A DNA stretch of 64,000 nt from assembly GCA_002269645.1 (NCBI GenBank), contig NIVC01002038.1:88060-152059 (forward strand), given 5' to 3'. This document shows positions 47,203-56,200 of the stretch, in pieces (position 1 is the stretch's first letter; each line of letters starts with the position of its first letter). The translations under genes and the position numbers were made by a program. The DNA comes from Macrostomum lignano. Lineage: Eukaryota. The notes beneath the pieces were generated by a model. The model had not been told where the DNA came from, did not search any database, and saw only the letters and a list, made by a program, of their open reading frames with translations.

Positions 47203-50200
47203 CTAATGGCTGGAACTTGTGTCAGCAAACCAAGTAGACAGATCGGAAGCCTCTTCATCGTCCGGCTTATACTCGACTTCTGCGCGGGTGCAATTTAGGG
47301 TTGTCTCACCGTTGTACATGCCAACAGATGCGCCGGGAATAGCCAGAACTTCTCCCGTCGACCAATCATTGACTTGACTGGCGGAACTCGCCCAGAACAC
47401 ACAGGAGACAGAATAGTTAGAGTCATCTACAAGCGTTACTTTAGCAATGCTGACATCCTTGCTATCCTTCGTCTTCGTCTGCGACACTTCCTCAACATTT
47501 GTAATGGTGCGGAGTATGTCCACTTTTCTGTTAAATATGTTTGCGTTGTGTAAGGCCAGACTCAGTATTGTCACGTTATTTGATGTTGGCTGTGACCCTT
47601 AAAAGGGCCGTTTCAGTCCCAAAATAAGTTGAAGTCAACTTAGGCGAAGTGGATGGTGTAGCGGAGCACTTGGCAATAAGGGCAGGAAACTGCCGTAGTC
47701 GTTTTTATTATCAATATAAATAGTAAGTTTGGTTGTTACTGGCAAATAACAAACTATGGCTTTCTGGGCACTGGCGGCTGCAACGATGGTTTCTTTTTGA
47801 AGATAAATTGGATATGAGTTCAAGCGACAGACGAGTGATGTAATGGCGACGTAACGTGATGAGCAATGGCAATGAGCACAGTGAAGGCAGTGAGACGTAG
47901 TAGGCAGGCAGATGAGCAGTGGCGAGGTTGGCGTCAACCGTGGCGTGAGGTAAGGAGGCTCGAGGCAGCCAGACAGAGAGAAGGAAAACAAGGCCGCAAA
48001 AACACACACAAGGCCAAGGACAGACAGGAAGGGACAGACAAGAGCCGAGGGTGAGGAGTGCCCGCCGCCAGGCGGGGGGTTAATAAAGGAGCGCAGAGGG
48101 GGTAGCGTAAACACGGAGAGTTTTCATTGGCTGGCGAGAGAACTTGAAATTATCGATCGTGCCAAAATTATACGGTCGCGAGAGAGGATAGGAAAATATA
48201 CAGTGAATTAGAAATTGCCACAAAATCGTTGGGCACTACTACAAGTAAACGTCGCAATAAACAAATGGAAAAGTTTAGTCGAAACGGTGAAACTGAAGAG
48301 TTGAAACTATAGAGAAACAGCAGTCCAACGGCCCTTTTGCGGGACCACTTAAACTAGCAACGTCACACCCGCCTCCCTTCCGAAAAAAGGATAGGGTCAC
48401 GCAAAAGAAAACCAACACGCGGGGTGACGGCAGAAACACAGCATGACCGCAGCATATGAAATTACAGTAGAATGAATTACAGTGGGGTTGAGTCAGTTTA
48501 TATGAGTATACGATTACTGGAGGCCTTAGGGATTACCAACCCACAGGCTTACAAGTGGCTGAATAATCGAAGTCAAAATTACAGAACAGGTGGTAGGATT
48601 ACAGAAAGTTACAGAACATTACAAAGGGACGGTAGGTGGATTACAGAGCAGTGGAGCGCGGTGAGCGCGAGTAGTATAGTATGATGGCGTTACAAAACAT
48701 AACAAAATACAACAATGGTTACAAAGTAGCGCAGAACGGAGCGCGTGGCGCGCGACCATAAAACGACAAAGGACGCGCAGAAGTGATACGATGGGTGAGG
48801 CAAAACACAGAACGAGGATGACAAGGTGGATGAGGCAAAGAACACAGAGCAGAGGCACGGCACAGAGGCACAGTCCGGACAACTGCGGGCAAACGACGCC
48901 AAGCGTCAAGGGCGGCGGGACACGGCGCGGCGCGCCAAGGCGGGAGAAAACCGGCGCAGGAGCGCCCAAGGCGGAGACACGGCGCGGCGCGCCAAGGCGG
49001 AGACGGCGCAAGAGCGCCCAAGGCAGGAGACGGCGCAGCGCGCCAGGCGGAGAACGGCGCAGCGCGCCAAGGCAGGAGACGGCGCAGCGCGCCAGGCGGA
49101 GAACGGCGCAGCGCGCCAAGGCAGGAACGGCGCAGCGCGCCAAGGCAGGAACGGCGCAGCGCGCCAAGGCAGGAACGGCGCCACGCGCCAGGCGGAGACG
49201 GCGCCACGCGCCAAACAGAGAACGGCGCCACGCGCCAAGGCGGAGAAACGGCGCCACGCGCCAAGGCAAAGAACGGCGCCACGCGCCAAGGCAGAGGATG
49301 GCGCAGCGCGCCAGAGGCAGAGAGAGCGTGCGTGCGGTGTGTGTGTGTGAAGTGCTTACTTTTACCCCCCAAATATATACCTATGATTATTCGGACACCC
49401 ACGAAATTTGCTAAATTTAATGATAAACTGCAGCTGATTTTTGAAGTAAACGACGCTGACCTGATCAGCCAGCTGCGCAGCGTTACGCTGCACTCGTCAA
49501 TAGGCTGAGTAGTAAACTGAGCTAGCTATGTTCCTATATGCATTTTTTTCAAGTTTTCAATGGGTTTTTTTTCCGTTTTTATTCTTTTTGAGTTACTTAT
49601 GAGTTTTATTCTTCGCCAGTAGTTATGCTTTAATTACCAACCGTCTATTGTACATTCCATGGTTTTAGGGTGCTGACGTCAGAGATGACGCACTTATTCA
49701 TTTCATAGACTTTGGTAATACCGAACGGATGCAATAGGATTATTCTAAGCTAATAATTATTTTAATTATTTTTGCCATTGCTATAATGTTTATACTATCC
49801 TTGCTATTACTATTTATATAATATTCATATTGTCGTCATATTAGGCTTACAGGGGCATACGCGCCCTTGTGTACCTTATAGACTACGGCAACGCCGATGC
49901 AGGCAGAGAGCGACTACAGAATATTTTTGACAACTTTTATATTTATAATATTCATGTCATAATTATATTTCGACCATAAAGTGCTTTATGAATTAATTTT
50001 AAGTTAGTTTACTTTTGAATTAACTAGTTTGGCTTGTGGCTGGTGTTTTGTGGTCTGTGGCTTGCAAATGCCGCAGGGACCTGTGGCCGGCAGGTGCCAC
50101 AGGAGGTAGTTTTACGCCTTGCCCGGGGCGTGAGCTTGCGGTCTACAGGTGCCGCAGTGACCTGTGGCCGGCAGGTGCCACAGGAGGTAGTTTTACGCCT

Positions 50201-53200
50201 TGCCCGGGGCGTGAGCTTGCGGTCTACAGGTGCCGCAGTGACCTGTGGCCGGCAGGTGCCACAGGAGGTAGTTTACGCCTTGCCCGGGGCGTGTAAACTG
50301 GTGGTTAGTGTCTGCTTCCCCACTGCTGGAGCAGGTCGGACACTTGACAGGTCCGGTACCTGACAGGCGGGCGGATGGGGCGTCCGTACCTGGATCTGGG
50401 TACGTCAGCCGGGGCTGGTGTTTCAGCTGCTTGCGCAGCGACTGGACTCGCAGCAATCTCAGGTGGTTCTATTTGCTCGGAGGAAGGGTCCCCCAAGGAA
50501 GCCGTGTACAGCGATTCGGAGCTGTCTTGGCTGTGGCTGGTGTCAGTGTCTGTGCTGTCAGTGTCAGTGTCTGGCTGTGGCTGTCCCTCAATGGCTACAG
50601 CATCGTCAGCTTCGGCGAATGGTTGGCCTTCTCCAGCTTCAGCTCCCGCCCCCTCCTCAGAGGCGCCTGAAGCTGGCGGTGGTGGATTTGGCCCTGGTGC
50701 TCTGCGTGGGCTCTCTGGCCGGGCAGAGGGAGGCTGGGGAATGGTGACGAGGCTAAGCTCGCTCGTGGGTCCGCTGGGCGGGTTCACACTAGGCGCTGGA
50801 GACCTGGCATGGGTGGCCTCACCATACCGGTCAACTACATCTTGGTAAGTGGGCTGTCTGATACACGGTTTGAGACGGTCAATGTTGTAAATGTTATGGC
50901 GCGGATTTGGCACCCAATCTGCTGGGTTTAGGAGACCATACTCGGGGACTAAACGGTAAGTCCGCTCGGAGCAGCGCTGCACTACTCGGTATGGCCCCAA
51001 CCACACAGCGGGTTCTATGCCCTTGTGATTCGGGTTCAAGACCCAGACTAATTCTCCCTCGTGGAACTCAGCGCGGAGGGCGCGGCGGTCGTAATACCTT
51101 TTCTGCCTTTCCTGGGCTTTACCCCTAGTGCGGCGGGCTAGGGCAGAGGTTTCGACTAGCGTGCGGTGCAACTGGTGGGCGTACCTCTCCGGCTGGTAGT
51201 GCTCATTTGGCGGTGGATTGTGACAGAGGTCGAGCGGCAGTTCGAACTCACACCCGAAGAAAAGTTTGGCTGGAGTAAATCCGGTGGATTCGGCGACTGT
51301 GGCACGGATTGACATGGCGGCCAGGCGGCTGGCAAGGGGCCAGTCGCATTGTCTCTCGAGACAGATGGCTCTAATCTGGGCTTTCACCGTCTGGATCATC
51401 CTCTCAGCTTTACCGTTAGCCTGAGGGCGACGGGCTGTGATCCGACCCATGTCAATCTGTAGGAGCCTAGTTAATTCTATCATGGTACTATTGATGAAAG
51501 CAGTTCCGTTATCAGACACCAACTGCTCCATCACCCCATACCTGGCAACCCATTCGGTCAGGATGGTTGTGGCAGTGGTCTCTGCGCTGACGTCGGAAAC
51601 AGGAACTACTTCGACGAACCCGGTGAACCGGTCAATCATAACCAGCAGGTACTTGTACCCCTCACACTCTTCGAATGGGCCTGTGTGGTCCACGTGGACA
51701 ACCTGGTTCGGGTAGCCGGACAGTTCTGGTTGCATAGGGGCCTTGAGCTTACGCTTTGACTTCTTAGTCTTAGCGCAAACGGTGCATTCGGCCAGGACCC
51801 CCTTGACTATAGTATCTAAGTCGGAAATAACGAAGCGCGCCTTCAGGGCGGCCATCGTCTTGGTGATACCGCAATGGTTCAACTGGCCATGATACTGAAG
51901 GACCAGATGACTGACGTCTGCGGTCTCAGGCACCACCAGGCGCCTGCTGGCAGTCTTGGCTTTGGAATATTTGGCTAAGTACAATAGTCCCTCGACTACC
52001 TCAAGGTCATTGAATTGAGCCCAGAGTGCACGCATTTCCCGGCTACAACCCTGCAGTTCGGCCTTGGACAATGGCTCAGCCTTACCCTGGACACTGGCGA
52101 TTAGGCGCGCCATGTCGACACAGGAGTCCTGGGCATTTTGGGCCCAGATGAGCTCAGGTGGCACTTGGGATTCGGTTTCAGGTTCACGGGATTCAGTCTC
52201 TGGACTAGGAACAGCACCGCTAGCAGTATCACGAACATTCGGCGTTGGTTCAGCCGGGGCATCTGTGTCAGTCTGACACGCTACGCTAATGCCTATGGTC
52301 TGGACGCACACCTGACGCAGTTCTCTAGCGGGGGGCGTACGCCGGTGCTTTGGGTCTTGGTCCAGGAATTTCCCCTTAAATTCTGGAATCTGGCTGCACG
52401 TCGGGCAGTCAAAGTGATCGGCTCTGAATTTTGGCAGTCTACTAAGAGCGTCAGCAGGCACGTGGTCAACGCCGGGACGGTACTGGACTGTGAAATCGTA
52501 TTCGGCTATTCGTTCTAGAGTGGACTGCTGGACCTTCAGCGGGTACAGTTCAATGGTGGCGAGCCATTGGGCCAGCATACCAGTGGCATGCTTCTTAGAA
52601 TGCAGCCATTTGAGCGCGGCCGCGTCCACCCGGACAGTGAAAGGCTTGTCTAATAGATAAGGACGGAAGTGCTCGAGCATCAGAACGAGCCCTAGCAACT
52701 CCCTCATGGTGGCGCAGTAGTTTCTCTGGCTACTGTTGAATTTTTTGGATGCGTAAGCTATGACTTGCTCTTGGCCATCTGGCCCGAGCTGGTACAGCAC
52801 ACCCCCGGTGCCGTCAAGCGAGCTATCGCAGTCCAAGATAAATTCGCGCCCCTTGGCAGAGAGGTCTGGATACGCCAGAATCGGTGGTGAACAGAGACTA
52901 TGTTTGAGTTCTTGGAAAGCCCGTTCATGAGGCGGTTGCCATAGAAACGGAGCATCCTTTTTGGCTAAGGCATACAAAGGCGTGGCGATGATTGAGAATC
53001 GCGGCACAAATTTCCGGTAGTAATTCGCGAATCCTAAGAAGGATAAGAGCTGTTTCTTAGAAAGCGGTTTAGGCCACTCTTGGACAGCCTGAGTCTTCGC
53101 TGGGTCAGCCTCAATGCCCCGGCTAGACACAACGAACCCCAGGAAGGCAACCTTGTCCTTGAACAACTCACACTTAGACGGCTTAATTTTGAGACCGGCT

Positions 53201-56200
53201 TTTCTAAGCTGCCAGAGGACCAGCGCGAGATGCGCGATCATTTGGTCATTGTTGACAGCCTTAATGATGATGTCATCTAGATAGATGAGGCTGACCTTCA
53301 TCAGGAGAGGCCTAAACACTTTGTGCATTAGTTTCGCGAAATTGGCAGGTGCTGTCTTGATCCCAAATGGTACTACCTTCCAGCGGAAAGTGCCCTGGGG
53401 GCAGGCAAAGGCGGTGTAGTCCCTAGCCTCCTCTTTAATCCCCACCTGCCAGTACGCAGAGGTCAGATCTAGACTAGAGAATACAGTGGCCCCAGCAAGG
53501 CTGTCAAAAGATTCTTCGATGAGTGGTAGGGGGAAGCTACACGGCTTGATGAGCTTATTGACGGCCCTATAGTCTATACACAAGCGTTGAGTGCCGTCCT
53601 TCTTCTTGACTAGAACGATAGGTGACACCCAGTCGGAGTCGCATTCCTCGATGACCCCTTGCTCGAGCATCTGCGCTATGTTCTGATCTAGGAATTCCTT
53701 TTGGGCTGGCGTAGTGCGCCTGTATGGCTGCGCCACAGGCTTGGCCTTGGGATCTATTAATTCTATGCCCATCTCGTGTAATGTGGTATGGCCTAAATCT
53801 GCGTTTGATCTAGAAATTTGGCTATTGAAGTAGTTGAGCAGTTTCAATACGGTGGCGAGTTGGCCCCTAGATAATTTGGCTTGGTCGAGTTGGAACTGCG
53901 TTGTCAGCCATTTGGCTAGCTCCCTACTAGGCGGCGGCAGTTTACTGAGTTGGCTTGTGAGGTTAGCTACATTGTCCAGGCTAAAATCAGACTCCTTCAG
54001 GGTGGTCTGAGCTATGACCTCATGACTATCTAATTCCTGGAATGAGGCAATTTCTTGCCCCCTAGTTATCTGAATTGGCTGCTCCCCACTGTTGAGCACG
54101 CGCACTAGTATGTGGTTAGTATCGCTAACTGAGTCTAGAGTCTTAGCTACCAACTGTTCGGTCTCTGGTCCGAGGATCCGGGACATGACTATACCGGAGG
54201 TGTACGGCGAAGAGTCGAGGACACGACTGGGAATCAAGGTTTCCGAGTGCGGGGGCAATTCTACGGTGCCGGCGGCCATCACTCGTCGGAGTTGGAAAAT
54301 TCCCTTGTCCCCCTCAATGACTGGTACTGACACCCCTGCTACTAAAGCTCGGCCAGAGTTGAAGTCTAACAGCATCTCGAAGCTGCGCAGGAAATCCATG
54401 CCTAACAGGGCTTCTGTGGTACAGTAAGCAGTGACTAGGAATACATGCTGTTTAGTCGTATTACCTAAGTTGATTTCGCAGCGTAGCGACCCTAGGATGT
54501 CTACCTGAGAGCCACCGAAGGCGGTGGCACGCTGCTTATTGGCACTAGGCGTGAATATGTTGTTGACGGGGTCAGCTGCGACCAGTTTGGCTTTCACGTC
54601 AGCACCCATGATGCTGGCATTGGCGCCTGAGTCTAGACAAGCCAGAACTTTAGAGTCTCCTACTCCTAGCTGCACGAAATAGCTAGACTCAAAGGTGTCA
54701 GCCGTGTACCCCCCTTGTCTGCATTGTGGATCACTGTCCCCTGGCTGAGGTTGCACATTACAGGCCTTGTCGTGCTGGCGCCCGGGGTCGACCTGGCGCT
54801 GGAATTTCACCCTAGTCCCCCTAAGGCGGTGCTGCTCGACTAGGCTACGCAGGCTGGGAGACAGTTGGCTAATGTGAACGAACAATTTCTCTGGCAGGTG
54901 CTCCGATTGGATGAACCCGTAATTCTGAGACCATGTGGCAATGGTTCCTAGTTCAGTCGTGACTCTTCCACGGCTGGGCTGCTGATTTTGGCTCCCCCGG
55001 GGCTGCTTTGGCGACTGTGGACTCGGCGAGGGCGATGGGCAGTCAGCGATCAGGTGATCGGTCTGGCCGCATCGATGGCAAGCCCGCGGAGGGCGAGGAG
55101 CTGGCCTAGGCTGTCTATAGGTTTGGCTAACTTGTGGTGGGCCCCCAGTGGGCTCTCTGCGAGTGGGCCCCTGATTGGTGGTGACAGGCGGAGTAGTCTG
55201 GCTTAATCTATTGGCTTGGTCGGTCACCATCTTCTCAAGCTCGGCGACCCTCTGTTCTAACGCTTTCTTCTCAGCGTCAGGTTCTATGGCACGAACCTTG
55301 GCTATAGTAGAAGGCACATTCAGAAGCTGGCGGACTCCGACAAGATCTTTGGCCTTCTGCATCAGCTCTTCTGCAGAGGTGGCACTGTCGGTTTCCTGAT
55401 CCCATAAGAGGAGCTTTTCGGCGAGGTCCTTATCCCTCAGCCCATGGCAGAATCTGGCCTTGAGTAGGGGCTTCGCTTCAGCGAGCGAGAGACCCGCTAG
55501 TCTAGAATAGGAGACCAGTCTGTCAAAGAAGTCAGACATTTGCTCATTATGAGATTGGGCGGCAGCAACTAATTCTACGTAGGCCTTGTCCTTCTTCTTG
55601 GCATCGGTGTACCTTTCCCTGAGCAACCAAAGCGCAGATTCGAAAGGCAACTGGTCACACCGGTAGTTAAGATATACCTCTTGGCATTCGGCTGACAGCA
55701 AGGATACGAGAATGGCGGACTTCTGGTCCTCAGGAACGCGGCAAGTGGCTAGATACGAAGTAAGCTGAGCTTCCCACGTATCAAAGTTCATCTTCGGCTG
55801 GTAAGCTATTGGAGGGCGAAGGCGTATGTCTGGCTTCGCAGGCGGCGAGGGATTTGGCGTTGACGGCGAGGAAACGGCGAGACGCTCTTCGAGCATCCGG
55901 TGAAGAGAGGCTAAGGTTTGAGTCAACAAGAGTTGCTCACTAGGAGCTGGCGCGGCGGCAGCAGCTGCGCCTGCTGGCTGCTCGCCGGCATCGACTGCGT
56001 CCTGATCTGGCACGACGGCATCTCCGTCAGCCAATGACGCTGCGGCATGGTTGTCCCCGTTGTCGGACATTGTGCAAGGTTGAGCGAGATGAGTGAACCA
56101 AGCGTGAACGAAAATAAGACTCCAGAGAAAACGAATTGAGGTTGATGACGCGAGAGAGATGAGAGAGATTGCGTCCTACTAACAAAAATACGTGCCTGAC

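Noticed and set aside
47635-48114. 159-aa ORF duplicated at 56828-57307
   Set aside because: It lies within the LTRs, so the duplication reflects LTR identity. It has a non-ATG start and no recognisable motif.
48619-49414. Six overlapping 127-227-aa ORFs on both strands
   Set aside because: The GC-rich minisatellite has no stops in any frame, and no domain signal is present.
50308-55399. Plus-strand ORFs antisense to Gag-Pol
   Set aside because: These are shadow frames of a GC-rich coding strand.
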